From NCBI GenBank assembly GCA_965217895.1, contig CBDCJV010000002.1, positions 3,296,001 through 3,360,000 of the forward strand: a stretch of DNA of 64,000 nt, read 5' to 3'. The notes beneath the pieces were generated by a model that worked only from the letters and a program-made list of their open reading frames with translations, ran no database searches and was not told where the DNA came from. The translations under genes were made by a program, and so were the position numbers. Position 1 is the stretch's first letter, and every line of letters starts with the position of its first letter. Shown piece after piece: positions 53,199 to 64,000 of this stretch. The stretch comes from Waterburya sp. GTDB lineage: Bacteria; Cyanobacteriota; Cyanobacteriia; Cyanobacteriales; Xenococcaceae.

Positions 53199-53753
53199 AT
53201 GACAAAGCGATTAATATTTTTGGGACCTCCTGGTGCGGGAAAGGGAACTCAAGCCCAAACATTATCTGAATATCATCATATTCCCCATGTATCCACTGGA
53301 GATATCCTAAGAGCAGCCGTAGCTCAACAAACTCCCCTGGGAAAACAGGCTAAAGATTATATGGATAGGGGAGAACTAGTTCCTGACACCCTAATTCTCA
53401 ACTTGATTCAAGACCGACTATCCTATGATGATACTGCTAACGGCTGGATACTTGATGGCTTTCCTAGAAATGTAAACCAAGCTACCTTTTTAGAGGAACT
53501 ATTGATTGAATTGAACCAGAATGCTGACTGCGTTCTTAATTTGGAAGTTCCTGATGATGTTTTAGTAGAGAGACTGCTGGCAAGACAGCGTAAAGATGAT
53601 AATGAAGAAACTATTCGTCGTCGTCTAGAAGTTTATCATCAGGACACTGTTCCAGTAATTGACTTTTATCAAAAGAAGCAGACATTGAAAACTATTGATG
53701 GGAATCAAGAAATGGAACAGGTAACTAAATCTTTAAGTGAAGTAGTATCTTAA
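53199..53753 (+). CDS. adk: Adenylate kinase (short-LID type)
   Basis: [28 protein letters not shown]. Confidence 0.97.
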   Translation: MTKRLIFLGPPGAGKGTQAQTLSEYHHIPHVSTGDILRAAVAQQTPLGKQAKDYMDRGELVPDTLILNLIQDRLSYDDTANGWILDGFPRNVNQATFLEELLIELNQNADCVLNLEVPDDVLVERLLARQRKDDNEETIRRRLEVYHQDTVPVIDFYQKKQTLKTIDGNQEMEQVTKSLSEVVS

Positions 53754-53935
53754 ACAGTTTAACGTTAGACGGTGCTGGTTATATTTATGGCTTTTACCGC
53801 CTAGGATAGATAAAAATGTAAGATATATATAGGTTGCTGTATTGAAAAAATGCTCAAGGCATTTGCCAAGTAAACCGATGAATAGTAAGAGTTGCCGTTA
53901 GCTATTCATCTTAAAAATAGCGGAGAACATGAATA

Positions 53936-54160
53936 TTGGCTAAACAAGACTTAATTGAAATGGAAGGGACTGTGACCGAATCTCTCCCTAATGCAATGTT
54001 TCGCGTCGACTTGGATAACGACTTTAATGTATTAGCTCATATTTCAGGTAAAATTCGACGAAACTACATTAAAATTCTACCAGGCGATCGCGTCAAAGTT
54101 GAATTAACTCCTTACGATTTGACTAAGGGAAGAATAACTTATCGCCTCAAAAATAAGTAA
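53936..54160 (+). CDS. infA: Translation initiation factor IF-1
   Basis: [27 protein letters not shown] start. Confidence 0.97.
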   Translation: MAKQDLIEMEGTVTESLPNAMFRVDLDNDFNVLAHISGKIRRNYIKILPGDRVKVELTPYDLTKGRITYRLKNK

Positions 54161-54248
54161 AACGCTTTTTTTGATGCTTTAATTGTATTTGACACAAAAA
54201 CAAATTAATAGATATAATAGTAGGCTTGCAGTGTGGCCAAAATAAGGC

Positions 54249-54365
54249 ATGAAAGTTAGACCATCAGTAAAAAAAATGTGTGAAAAATGTCGCGTAATCA
54301 AAAGACGTGGCAGAGTAATGGTGATTTGTAGCAGTAATCCTAAGCATAAACAGCGTCAAGGATAA
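54249..54365 (+). CDS. rpmJ: 50S ribosomal protein L36 (not in ORF track)
   Basis: [38 protein letters not shown]. Confidence 0.97.
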   Translation: MKVRPSVKKMCEKCRVIKRRGRVMVICSSNPKHKQRQG

Positions 54366-54450
54366 CTGCTAGTCGCTACACTATGTATGATGCTTAACAT
54401 ATTTACATTTAAGCAGTCAAAAAAATTAAAAAGATTAAGGAGATAAAAAC

Positions 54451-54834
54451 GTGGCAAGGATTTCTGGCGTAGACCTTCCTCGTGACAAGCGTGTGGAAAT
54501 CGCGCTAACCTACATTTTTGGTGTAGGTCTATCACGAGCGCAAAAGGCGATCGCTGAAACTGGAGTTAATCCAGATACTAGGGTTCGAGATCTTGATGAT
54601 GAAGATACAGCGAAGCTTAGAGCATATATTGAAGATAACTATCAGGTAGAAGGTGACTTGAGACGTTGGGAATCAATGAATATCAAGCGTCTGGCAGATA
54701 TTGGTACATATCGCGGTCGTCGTCATCGTATGGGTTTGCCTCTTCGAGGTCAAAGAACTCGCACCAATGCTCGTACTAGAAGAGGCAGAAGGCTTACCGT
54801 AGCTGGTAAGAAGAAAGCTCCAGGTAAGAAGTAG
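54451..54834 (+). CDS. rpsM: 30S ribosomal protein S13
   Basis: [19 protein letters not shown]. Confidence 0.98.
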   Translation: MARISGVDLPRDKRVEIALTYIFGVGLSRAQKAIAETGVNPDTRVRDLDDEDTAKLRAYIEDNYQVEGDLRRWESMNIKRLADIGTYRGRRHRMGLPLRGQRTRTNARTRRGRRLTVAGKKKAPGKK

Positions 54835-54883
54835 GTAACTATTTCATCATATTTAAGTATAACCACATCACACGAAAAGTAAA

Positions 54884-55276
54884 ATGGCGCAACCAAAAAG
54901 AAGAAGCGGCGCAAAGAAAAGCAAAAAAAACGTTCCCAACGGTGTGGCTCATATTCAGTCCACCTTCAATAATACCATTGTAACAATTTCTGATACCAGA
55001 GGAGACGTAATATCCTGGTCTTCTGCTGGTGCTAGTGGTTTTAAAGGAGCAAAAAAAGGCACTCCTTTTGCGGCACAAACAGCAGCAGACAGCGCAGGAA
55101 GACGGGCAATGGATCAAGGAATGCGTCAAGTTGAGGTTATGGTAAGTGGTCCTGGGGCTGGAAGAGAGACAGCTATAAGAGCCTTACAGGGTGTAGGGCT
55201 AGAAATTACCTTAATCCGTGACGTCACACCTATCCCTCATAATGGCTGTCGTCCGCCTAAAAGACGAAGAGTATAG
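54884..55276 (+). CDS. rpsK: 30S ribosomal protein S11
   Basis: [26 protein letters not shown]. Confidence 0.98.
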   Translation: MAQPKRRSGAKKSKKNVPNGVAHIQSTFNNTIVTISDTRGDVISWSSAGASGFKGAKKGTPFAAQTAADSAGRRAMDQGMRQVEVMVSGPGAGRETAIRALQGVGLEITLIRDVTPIPHNGCRPPKRRRV

Positions 55277-55376
55277 CTTTAGTTAGCAATTATCAAATTG
55301 CGACTAGATACGAGCATTTATTTAATTTCTATCTTGATTTACCAGATCGCTTGTCGAATAGAAGGGAGAATAGCCT

Positions 55377-56363
55377 GTGGCGCAATTTCAAATTGAGTGT
55401 GTAGAATCTAAAACCCTAAAAAATCAACACCAATATAGCAAGTTTATGCTCGAGCCTCTAGATAGAGGACAAGGTATTACTTTGGGTAATGCCTTGAGAA
55501 GAGTTTTGTTATCAAACTTAGAGGGTGCAGCTGTTACAGCAATCCGCATTGGTGGAGGCATGGCAAAAGATGGCAGCAAACAAGAACATAAGTTTGGGTT
55601 TGCTACTCATGAATTTGCCACCATTGAAGGAGTTAGAGAGGACGTTTTAGAGATTATTCTCAATATGAAGGAAATAGTCCTCAAAAGTTATACTAATCAA
55701 CCCCAAATAGGTCGTTTGGTTGCTACTGGACCAGGAACTGTAACCGCTGCCCAGTTTGAGTTACCTTCTGAGATAGAAACCGTAGACTCTAATCAGTATG
55801 TGGCTACTATAGCAGAAGGCACGAGTTTAGAGATGGAATTTCGGGTTGAAAAGGGCAAAGGCTACCGTGCAGTAGAAAGAGGCAAAGAAGAAGGTAGTTC
55901 CCTAGACTTCCTCCAAATTGACGCTGTGTTTATGCCTGTGACTAAGGTTAACTATAGCGTTGAAGATGCTCGTGTAGATGGTTCAGGAATCCGCGAACGT
56001 CTAATTATGGAAATTTGGACTAACGGTAGCGTCAAGCCCGAAGAGGCGTTGTCCCAAGCTGCTGGAATTGTCGTGGAATTATTTAATCCCTTAAAAGATC
56101 TGACTTTAGAGGCAATTGAACCCGACTATATAGAGGACGAAGATCCCACCAGCCAAATACCCATCGAAGAATTGCAGTTGTCGGTTAGAGCCTATAACTG
56201 TTTGAAGCGAGCGCAAATTAATTCTGTATCTGACTTACTTGATTATACCCAAGAAGACCTTTTGGAGATTAAAAACTTTGGGCAAAAATCTGCTGATGAG
56301 GTGATTGAAGCTTTGCAGCAGCGTCTTGGAATTACTCTATCTCAAGAAAAATCAGCAAAATAA
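55377..56363 (+). CDS. rpoA: RNA polymerase subunit alpha
   Basis: [13 protein letters not shown]...[23 protein letters not shown]. Confidence 0.98.
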   Translation: MAQFQIECVESKTLKNQHQYSKFMLEPLDRGQGITLGNALRRVLLSNLEGAAVTAIRIGGGMAKDGSKQEHKFGFATHEFATIEGVREDVLEIILNMKEIVLKSYTNQPQIGRLVATGPGTVTAAQFELPSEIETVDSNQYVATIAEGTSLEMEFRVEKGKGYRAVERGKEEGSSLDFLQIDAVFMPVTKVNYSVEDARVDGSGIRERLIMEIWTNGSVKPEEALSQAAGIVVELFNPLKDLTLEAIEPDYIEDEDPTSQIPIEELQLSVRAYNCLKRAQINSVSDLLDYTQEDLLEIKNFGQKSADEVIEALQQRLGITLSQEKSAK

Positions 56364-56386
56364 ACATCAACAAAACATTATCAATC

Positions 56387-56737
56387 ATGCGTCATCGATG
56401 TAAAGTACCACGACTAGGATTGCCAGCCGATCAAAGGAAAGCTTTGTTACGTTCCTTGGCAACTGAAATTATTCGTCATGGTCAAATCAAAACTACCAAA
56501 ACTCGTGCTAAAGCAGTCCGTAGTGAGGTTGAAAAAATAATCAGCCTAGCTAAAGATGGTTCATTAGCAGCTAGAAGGAGAGCTTTAGGCTATATTTATG
56601 ACAAAGATCTAGTTAGCGAGCTTTTTAAAGCCGTTCAGGAACGTTATGGCGATCGCCAGGGCGGTTATACTCGGATTGTCAGAACCAAAAGTCGTCGTGG
56701 CGACAATGCAGAAATGGCAATTATCGAGCTAGTTTAA
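56387..56737 (+). CDS. rplQ: 50S ribosomal protein L17
   Basis: [23 protein letters not shown]. Confidence 0.98.
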   Translation: MRHRCKVPRLGLPADQRKALLRSLATEIIRHGQIKTTKTRAKAVRSEVEKIISLAKDGSLAARRRALGYIYDKDLVSELFKAVQERYGDRQGGYTRIVRTKSRRGDNAEMAIIELV

Positions 56738-56752
56738 CTGGATGTTGCGCAA

Positions 56753-57583
56753 ATGGCTGTAGTCTGTCAAGCTTCAAGAAACCCCTCAATTAGAATAGCC
56801 TTAGTTATTCAGTATTTAGGGACTAACTTTCACGGCTGGCAAAAACAACCGAATATTATCAGCATTCAGGGCTGTATTGAAAAGGCAATTTCTGAAGTTG
56901 TTGGTCATTCAGTGCGGGTTTACGGGGCAGGTAGAACTGATTCAGGTGTTCATGCAGCTGCTCAAGTTGCTCATTTTGAGTGCAAAGGTTCGATTCCTGC
57001 CGATAAGTGGGCGAAGATTATTAACGCCAGACTGCCAGAGGGGATACTAATCAGAGCATCCGCTCAGGTAAACGATAGCTGGCACGCTCGTTTTTCTGCT
57101 GTTTGGCGACGTTACCGCTATACCATTTATACAGATAAGCAACCTAATATATTTGTCAGTCAAACATGCTGGCATTATTATCAGTCAATCTTGCAGGAGT
57201 CTTTAATTCAAGAAGCTTTATATCCTTTGGTTGGCGAACATGACCTATCAGCTTTTAAGCGTACAGGTTCAGATAGAGCCGATGCAAAGGTAGAAGTACA
57301 GACTGTACAATGTTATCGTCAAGGAGCATTCTTGTATCTAGAGATTCAAGCAAACGGATTTTTGTACGGTATGGTGCGCCTTCTGGTGGGAATGTTGGTA
57401 GAGGTAGGAATTGGCAAGCGATCGCCCAAAAGCTTTACTGAAATCTGGCAAAACCAACGTCGAGATCTGGTTAAGTACTCTGCTCCTGCTAAGGGCTTAT
57501 GTTTGCTGAGGGTTGGTTATCCCGAATTTCCTTTTGCTAAACACCTCTGGTTTGATACCCAACCAAATTTTCTTCTAGCTTAA
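56753..57583 (+). CDS. truA: tRNA pseudouridine(38-40) synthase
   Basis: FHGWQ, AGRTDSGVHA, HARFSA, FLYGMVR. Confidence 0.96.
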   Translation: MAVVCQASRNPSIRIALVIQYLGTNFHGWQKQPNIISIQGCIEKAISEVVGHSVRVYGAGRTDSGVHAAAQVAHFECKGSIPADKWAKIINARLPEGILIRASAQVNDSWHARFSAVWRRYRYTIYTDKQPNIFVSQTCWHYYQSILQESLIQEALYPLVGEHDLSAFKRTGSDRADAKVEVQTVQCYRQGAFLYLEIQANGFLYGMVRLLVGMLVEVGIGKRSPKSFTEIWQNQRRDLVKYSAPAKGLCLLRVGYPEFPFAKHLWFDTQPNFLLA

Positions 57584-57632
57584 ATGAAGTTTTTATTTAA
57601 AATAATTCACAAAATACTATCACTCTGAATCA

Positions 57633-58085
57633 ATGAACAAAACCCCCTTACCAAACCAACAAAATATAGAGCGCAAATGGTATATAGTTGATGCCGAAGG
57701 ACAACGCTTAGGTCGTTTAGCTACCGAGATTGCTATGATCCTGCGAGGCAAAAACAAGCCCAGCTTTACTCCCAATATAGATACTGGAGACTTTGTAGTA
57801 GTCATCAACGCCGAGAAAGTCGTAGTCACAGGCAGAAAAAACGAGCAAAAGCTCTATCGTCGTCACTCTGGTAGACCTGGAGGCATGAAGACTGAAACTT
57901 TCGACCAGCTACAAAGAAGAATTCCTGAACGCATTGTTGAAAAAGCGGTCAAAGGAATGCTGCCCAAAAACGTCATGGGACGCAAACTATTTACCAAACT
58001 CAAAGTTTACACAGGTGCAGATCATCCCCATGCTGCCCAAATTCCCGAAACTTTAAACATTAATACCATTCCAGCGAGGAACTAG
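57633..58085 (+). CDS. rplM: 50S ribosomal protein L13
   Basis: LGRLA, DTGDFV, GMLPK. Confidence 0.98.
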   Translation: MNKTPLPNQQNIERKWYIVDAEGQRLGRLATEIAMILRGKNKPSFTPNIDTGDFVVVINAEKVVVTGRKNEQKLYRRHSGRPGGMKTETFDQLQRRIPERIVEKAVKGMLPKNVMGRKLFTKLKVYTGADHPHAAQIPETLNINTIPARN

Positions 58086-58088
58086 AAC

Positions 58089-58496
58089 ATGGAAGGAACA
58101 CAAGATAAGGTAGTATACTGGGGTACAGGTCGTCGCAAATCGGCGATCGCCAGAGTCCGTTTAGTACCAGGCGAAGGAAATCTGACCGTTAACGGCAAAA
58201 CGGGAGATGATTATTTTAATCGTATTCCCAGCTATTTGATGTCTATCAAAGGTCCTTTAGAAACCTTGGGTTTTGAAAATGAGTACGATATTCTCGTCAA
58301 TGCTCATGGCGGTGGTTTAACTGGTCAAGCAGATGCTGTTAAACTAGGTGTTGCTAGGGCATTGTGTAAACAAGACCCCAATAATCGTCAGCCACTAAAA
58401 ACAGAAGGATATCTAACCCGCGATCCTCGTTGTAAAGAACGGAAAAAATACGGTTTGAAAAAAGCTCGTAAAGCTCCTCAGTTCTCTAAACGATAA
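58089..58496 (+). CDS. rpsI: 30S ribosomal protein S9
   Basis: [25 protein letters not shown]. Confidence 0.98.
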   Translation: MEGTQDKVVYWGTGRRKSAIARVRLVPGEGNLTVNGKTGDDYFNRIPSYLMSIKGPLETLGFENEYDILVNAHGGGLTGQADAVKLGVARALCKQDPNNRQPLKTEGYLTRDPRCKERKKYGLKKARKAPQFSKR

Positions 58497-58630
58497 TTTT
58501 TTAAGCTATTAGCTTTAAGCCATTAGCTTTTAGCTTAACGATTGCACTTTTGAGCTAGTAACAACTTAAATTAGAATTAGTTAATCGCTATATTTTGAAG
58601 TAATCAATACATTTTTTGAAAGAAAAAACT

Positions 58631-58873
58631 ATGCCTAAACCTGATATACACCCAACCTGGTATCCAGATGCCAAAGTGATCTGTAATGGTGAAGTCGTCA
58701 TGACTGTCGGTTCAACTCAACCCGAAATTAGCGTTGATGTCTGGTCTGGTAATCATCCTTTTTATACTGGAACTCAAAAAATCATTGATACAGAAGGTCG
58801 AGTCGATCGCTTTTTACGTAAATACGGTATGCTCGATGCCAGCAGCGATGCTGAGTCTGACGTAAAAAAATAG
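58631..58873 (+). CDS. rpmE: 50S ribosomal protein L31
   Basis: IHP.W, HPFYTG, GRVDRF; likely start ATG 58631. Confidence 0.96.
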   Translation: MPKPDIHPTWYPDAKVICNGEVVMTVGSTQPEISVDVWSGNHPFYTGTQKIIDTEGRVDRFLRKYGMLDASSDAESDVKK

Positions 58874-58891
58874 CCATTTAAGACAAAGTAT

Positions 58892-58932
58892 AGACCCAGT
58901 AGTTAGCTTAAATTGACTGCTGGGTTTGTTGT
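58892..58932 (+). terminator. Probable intrinsic terminator after rpmE
   Basis: AGACCCAGTAGTTAG...TTGACTGCTGGGTTT stem with T-rich tail. Confidence 0.55.
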
Positions 58933-58986
58933 ATTTAAATTAATTTTTTTAATAAATCATTTTATTTTTTACGGGAGATTAAAATT

Positions 58987-60096
58987 ATGGCTGAAGCATA
59001 CCTATTAGACAAATTAAAATCTGTAGAGCAAACTTTTCAAGAACTTACCCATCGCTTGGCAGATCCCGACATTGCTACTAACCCAGATGAACTACAAAAA
59101 GTAGCCAAAGCTCGTTCTTCCCTAGAAGAAACTGTAATGGCTTATCAAGAATGGCAGCAAGCAACAGAAGAGTTAGCAGGGGCAAAAGAAATTTTTAAAG
59201 AAGCGAAAGATCCTGAGATGAAGGAAATGGCTAGCATGGAAGCAAGTGAGCTTGAATCACAGCTTGAGCAGCTAGAAGCCAAACTTAAAGTTCTTTTATT
59301 GCCTCGCGATCCTAATGACGATAAAAACATTATGCTAGAAATTCGGGCAGGTACAGGAGGCGACGAAGCTAGTATTTGGGCAGGAGATCTAGTCAGAATG
59401 TACTCTAGATATGCCGAAAGCCAAAACTGGAAAGTATTTCTGCTTAGTGAATCAGCAGCAGATATGGGTGGTTTTAAAGAAGCTATTCTCGAAGTGACAG
59501 GAGACTCTGTATACAGCAAGCTAAAGTTTGAAGCGGGAGTACATCGAGTACAGCGAGTTCCTCAAACCGAAGCAGGAGGAAGAGTTCATACCTCGACGGC
59601 TACAGTGGCGGTGATGCCAGAAGTAGATGATGTTGAAGTGCAAATCGATCCTAAAGATATAGAGCTTAAAACTGCTCGTTCTGGTGGTGCTGGAGGACAA
59701 AACGTCAACAAGGTAGAAACTGCCGTCGATTTAATTCATAAACCAACAGGAATTAGAATCTTTTGTACCGAAGAGCGATCGCAACTACAAAACCGCGAGC
59801 GAGCAATGCAGATTTTAAGAGCCAAGCTGTACGATATTAAGTTGGCAGAACAGCAAAAGGAAGTCAGAGGTTTAAGGCTGTCTCAGGTAGGAACAGGCGC
59901 ACGATCTGAGAAAATTCGTACTTATAACTACAAAGACAATCGTATTACGGATCATCGTCTGGGACAAAACTTTGCTTTAGCTAACTCTCTTGAAGGAGAT
60001 ATCGATGTCATGATTCAATCTTGTATCTCTCAAGATCAGCAAGATAGATTAGAAGAATTGGCTAGCTCTCCAGATACTGCTCAGGCTTTAATTTAA
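58987..60096 (+). CDS. prfA: Peptide chain release factor 1
   Basis: PQT (PxT) motif, [15 protein letters not shown]. Confidence 0.97.
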   Translation: MAEAYLLDKLKSVEQTFQELTHRLADPDIATNPDELQKVAKARSSLEETVMAYQEWQQATEELAGAKEIFKEAKDPEMKEMASMEASELESQLEQLEAKLKVLLLPRDPNDDKNIMLEIRAGTGGDEASIWAGDLVRMYSRYAESQNWKVFLLSESAADMGGFKEAILEVTGDSVYSKLKFEAGVHRVQRVPQTEAGGRVHTSTATVAVMPEVDDVEVQIDPKDIELKTARSGGAGGQNVNKVETAVDLIHKPTGIRIFCTEERSQLQNRERAMQILRAKLYDIKLAEQQKEVRGLRLSQVGTGARSEKIRTYNYKDNRITDHRLGQNFALANSLEGDIDVMIQSCISQDQQDRLEELASSPDTAQALI

Positions 60097-60201
60097 TTTA
60101 GAAATAATTGCTACACTCAAATATTACGACTTGGATGGATCGATAAATATTCTGAATGTCAATGTTCTTTCTAAGCTAATGTCTTCTCAGCAAGAAAAAC
60201 C

Positions 60202-60828
60202 ATGCTGCTAAAAGTTAAAAGAATTATAGTTCCGCCAGGACAAACAGTAGTTTTAGAAAACATTAGTTGGCAAGAATTTGAAGCTATTCTAGAAGATTTA
60301 GGAGAGAGTCGCGGCTCTCGAATAGCCTATGACAATGGAAAGCTAGAAATAATGACACCTTTGCCAAAACATGAGGCTAATAAAGAATACATCAGCGACT
60401 TTGTAAAAGTTTTACTGGAAGAACTAAACATAGAATTTTGTCCGCTGGGATCTACCACTTTTAAAAACCAGATAATGTTCAAAGGAATTGAACCTGATAG
60501 CTGTTTCTATATCCAAAATGAAGCAGTAATTAGAGGTGAAAACAGGTTAGATCTAACAATCGATCCACCACCAGATTTAGCTTTAGAAATAGACATCACT
60601 AATCGTAGTCATCCAGAGATATATCAATCTTTAGGTGTTCCTGAACTATGGCAATACAAAAAAGGCGAACTAAAGTTTTTGTTATTAGTAAACGGTAAAT
60701 ATATTGAGTCTGAGACGAGCTTCAATTTTTCCTTACTTAAAATAATTCCCCAATATTTAAACCAATGTCGCGCTGAGGGCAGAAATAAAGGCATGAATGC
60801 TTTTCGTAGTTGGATAAGAGAGCAGTAA
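60202..60828 (+). CDS. Uma2/DUF820-family endonuclease-like protein
   Basis: ISWQEFE, LEIMTP...HE, EPDSCFY, PPPDLALEID, LGVPELW. Confidence 0.9.
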   Translation: MLLKVKRIIVPPGQTVVLENISWQEFEAILEDLGESRGSRIAYDNGKLEIMTPLPKHEANKEYISDFVKVLLEELNIEFCPLGSTTFKNQIMFKGIEPDSCFYIQNEAVIRGENRLDLTIDPPPDLALEIDITNRSHPEIYQSLGVPELWQYKKGELKFLLLVNGKYIESETSFNFSLLKIIPQYLNQCRAEGRNKGMNAFRSWIREQ

Positions 60829-61215
60829 AATGAGCATTTCGCAGGTAAATTAGCAGATTAGATAATATTTTAGGCAAAGGTTTTCCAGGAAACGTAAAAT
60901 CTTCAGTCGAGCGTCAGTAAGATTAGAAACTTGTAGTTGATGATTAAAGTGAACAAATGGTGCTTGACTTTTTTCTAAAATACTTAACTTGTCAGCAATG
61001 CCTAATAATTGAATAATTCAGTCGCACATTTCTCTTTCTCCTTGTATTTGCTTAGTTTGCCAAAGACAAATACAGAATAAGAAATAGCTCGATCTAAGAT
61101 CAATCCCCTAATAAGTGTAAAAATCTACCTATGTTTGGCTTTAAAAATAGAAATAGGTAGTCTTTTTGTGTCACTTTTTGAGATAGATCCCTAATTCATT
61201 ACTGACTCAGATAGG

Positions 61216-61404
61216 ATGGCAATCGCGCATTCAAAGTATTATTACTATCTAAGAATTAACAGATTGGTACAGCAGAGAAGAAAATATCATCTTTTGCTAA
61301 GAAACAATCTATTAGAAAATATTAGAGAACAAATTCAGCTAAAAGCCCCTTCAGTTGATAATAAAGAATTTAATGAGTTTGTCAAAGAAAGAGGATATGA
61401 CTAA
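61216..61404 (+). CDS. Small hypothetical protein
   Basis: 62-aa ORF; no recognisable motif. Confidence 0.25.
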   Translation: MAIAHSKYYYYLRINRLVQQRRKYHLLLRNNLLENIREQIQLKAPSVDNKEFNEFVKERGYD

Positions 61405-61574
61405 ATTCAATGTGATAATTGAAAATCTTTTTATATTAAGTAATTAAATAAACGAGTAACAACCAGAAGACTAGTTCTCAATAATTGATAATTGATACAG
61501 TAGGAAATATTACCTTTCCGTTATAATCCAATGATAGATGTTATGAAAGAACAGCTTCACTAAATAACGATGTT

Positions 61575-62432
61575 GTGGAGGAGACGACATTGGACGAACT
61601 AAAGGCAGGATTAGGATTAGCTACAGAAGAAGAACTACAGCAGATCACGCAAATATTATTTCATCGCCGTTTTAATCCCCTAGATTATTGGCAAACCCCC
61701 GAACCTTTGCAAATTCAAAGTCAAGATTGGAATGTATGGATTGATTCATTGGATCGACGGTTTCGTTACCTAGCAGCAGATGGGATGACCGTATTACGAG
61801 GGCGCACTCAAGAAGTATCCTATCGAGAAATATTAATTAAAGTCTGTCACTATCTGAAGATTCCCTATTCGGTAAGGATGAATGCGATTGATATTGAGGC
61901 AGAGATTTTTCTGCATTTAGTTAGTAAAGCCTGGGACAAGCTACCGACTCAAGAACAAAACTCGCTAAAAGCTCAAATTGGTAATTCTTTAGCAGCAGCA
62001 AATCCGCCTGAACCTTTGCCAGTTCAATTGCAGCATAGCCCAATAAAAATGTTAGCAACAGGCGGTAGTATTGTAGCAGTCAGCACAATTTTAAAATCTT
62101 GGCTGCTTAAACATATTGCTCAACAGTTTGCGATTCACTTTGCTACTTATCAAGCAGCCAAGTCAGCCATTATTAAAGGAGGAACAACCGCAGTTGCAGG
62201 TTTGGGCAATCAATTGGCACTTCAGGCAGCAAAAAAAGGTATGGCGGTAAATGCAGCGCGTTATGGAGCAACCAGAGGCGTTTTTAGTTTTTTAGGTCCT
62301 GTGATTTGGGGTTACTTTGTCGCCGATTTAGGCTGGAAAGCGATCGCCACTAACTATGGTCGTGTAATTCCCATTGTTTTTACTTTGGCACAGATTCGCC
62401 TAATTCGTGGAGACTATCTGGCAATAAGTTAA
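61575..62432 (+). CDS. YaaW-like conserved cyanobacterial protein
   Basis: LATEEEL, FRYLAADG, VSYREIL, IATNYGRVIP..F.LAQIRL. Confidence 0.75.
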   Translation: MEETTLDELKAGLGLATEEELQQITQILFHRRFNPLDYWQTPEPLQIQSQDWNVWIDSLDRRFRYLAADGMTVLRGRTQEVSYREILIKVCHYLKIPYSVRMNAIDIEAEIFLHLVSKAWDKLPTQEQNSLKAQIGNSLAAANPPEPLPVQLQHSPIKMLATGGSIVAVSTILKSWLLKHIAQQFAIHFATYQAAKSAIIKGGTTAVAGLGNQLALQAAKKGMAVNAARYGATRGVFSFLGPVIWGYFVADLGWKAIATNYGRVIPIVFTLAQIRLIRGDYLAIS

Positions 62433-62665
62433 GTATTTTAGATAATTGCTTGCACTTTCTCATAAAACCAACTTGGCTAAAATAAGCTCTTTGCCTTTGT
62501 CTATGAGCAATTAGATTCTGTTAACATCTTAGATAATTAAGCTAATTCTTTCTCATAAATCAGCAAGGCATAAACAATTTGTTAAGAATGCCCAGAGATC
62601 ATTAAATACCCTAGAACATAATTAAGTAAGAAAGGAATTTTATCAGGTTTTTGCTCTTTCAATTT

Positions 62666-64000
62666 ATGACACACTTTCCTTGGTTAACTACGTGCATTCT
62701 ATTTCCTATTGCTGCCTCTCTATTTTTGCCGATAATTCCTGACAAGGAAGGTAAGACTGTTCGTTGGTATGCTTTAATCATCGGCTTAATTGATTTTGCC
62801 ATCATGGTTTATGGTTTTTACCAAGACTATGACTTTAGTAACCCTAATTTACAGCTAGTTGAAAGCTATGCTTGGATACCCCAGCTAGATCTTAATTGGT
62901 CAGTTGGTGCAGACGGGCTATCAATGCCCTTAATTTTGCTAACGGGTTTTATTACTACCTTAGCAATGATGGCAGCTTGGCCAGTCACCTATAAGCCCAA
63001 GCTGTTTTATTTTCTCATGCTGGCAATGTATGGCGGACAAATTGCTGTTTTTGCCGTACAGGATATGCTGCTGTTTTTCTTAGTCTGGGAACTAGAACTA
63101 GTTCCTGTCTATCTCATTTTGTCTATTTGGGGTGGAAAAAAACGCCTCTATGCAGCGACCAAGTTTATTCTCTATACCGCAGGAGGATCGCTGTTTATTT
63201 TGGTTGCAGCTTTGACTATGGCATTTTATGGCGATACCGTTACTTTTAACATGAGTGCGATCGCAGCTAAAGATTATGCCTTTAATCTGCAATTATTTTT
63301 ATATGCTGGCTTCCTCATTGCCTATGGTGTTAAACTGCCGATCTTCCCTCTCCATACCTGGCTACCCGATGCCCACGGTGAAGCAACTGCCCCAGCCCAT
63401 ATGTTACTAGCGGGTATTCTCCTAAAAATGGGGGGATATGCTCTATTACGGATGAATGCAGGAATGCTGCCCGATGCCCACGCTTTCTTTGCCCCTGTCT
63501 TAGTCATTTTAGGGGTAGTCAACATTGTCTATGCAGCCTTAACCTCTTTTGCCCAACGTAACCTCAAGCGCAAAATTGCCTACTCATCTATTTCCCACAT
63601 GGGTTTTGTGCTAATTGGCATAGCCTCCTTTACAGACTTGGGAACAAGTGGGGCAATGCTACAGATGATTTCTCATGGTTTAATTGGGGCAAGTCTTTTC
63701 TTTATGGTTGGGGCTACCTATGATCGTAGCCATACCCTAATGCTGGATGAAATGGGTGGTGTAGGTCAAAAGATGAAAAAAATCTTTGCCATGTGGACTA
63801 CCTGTTCTTTTGCCTCTTTAGCATTACCAGGAATGAGCGGTTTTGTAGCTGAGTTGATGGTGTTTGTTGGTTTTGCTACCAGTGATGCCTACAACTCTAC
63901 TTTTAAAGTCTGTATTATTTTCTTAGCTGCGGTAGGGGTGATACTAACTCCCATCTACTTACTTTCTATGCTGCGAGAAATGCTTTATGGTCCAGAAAAT
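62666..64000 (+). CDS. ndhD1: NAD(P)H-quinone oxidoreductase subunit 4, partial (runs off the window; not in ORF track)
   Basis: MTHFPWLT...[69 protein letters not shown]1 versus D2 is less certain. Confidence 0.92.
   Translation, partial: MTHFPWLTTCILFPIAASLFLPIIPDKEGKTVRWYALIIGLIDFAIMVYGFYQDYDFSNPNLQLVESYAWIPQLDLNWSVGADGLSMPLILLTGFITTLAMMAAWPVTYKPKLFYFLMLAMYGGQIAVFAVQDMLLFFLVWELELVPVYLILSIWGGKKRLYAATKFILYTAGGSLFILVAALTMAFYGDTVTFNMSAIAAKDYAFNLQLFLYAGFLIAYGVKLPIFPLHTWLPDAHGEATAPAHMLLAGILLKMGGYALLRMNAGMLPDAHAFFAPVLVILGVVNIVYAALTSFAQRNLKRKIAYSSISHMGFVLIGIASFTDLGTSGAMLQMISHGLIGASLFFMVGATYDRSHTLMLDEMGGVGQKMKKIFAMWTTCSFASLALPGMSGFVAELMVFVGFATSDAYNSTFKVCIIFLAAVGVILTPIYLLSMLREMLYGPEN

Overview
64 kb of chromosome from a low-GC cyanobacterium. 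HIP1 (GCGATCGC) is very abundant and chlL/chlN, psbY, CAB-fused hemH and ndhD are present; a Pleurocapsales-like lineage is a guess. The right third is housekeeping: the rplC-to-prfA ribosomal superoperon (including rpmJ, missing from the ORF track) and a partial ndhD1. The left two thirds is mixed accessory DNA. The best candidate for an undescribed system is a nitrogen-scavenging locus at about 9.98-17.2 kb. It has two canonical NtcA class II promoters and encodes an atypical acyl-CoA-dehydrogenase-fold flavoprotein, a stand-alone DUF1989 protein resembling the catalytic half of TMAO demethylase, a GlnT/GmaS-type ligase, a divergent Amt channel and a small membrane protein. This suggests use of methylated amines or TMAO as a nitrogen source; a decayed IS630 sits inside it. 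Other notable items: a 78-bp structured element inserted in frame into a HIP1 site of a CHASE2-GGDEF-EAL gene, two MITEs with target-site duplications, two genes broken by a single Trp-to-stop codon, an internally deleted arginase-like gene, a structured GC-rich leader before two degenerate glycosyltransferases, a PerR-like operator at an oxidative-stress cluster, an NtcA box at chlL and a roughly 15-aa insertion in RpoA. No tRNA, rRNA or CRISPR array was seen. All family assignments come from motif recognition by eye; no searches were run.
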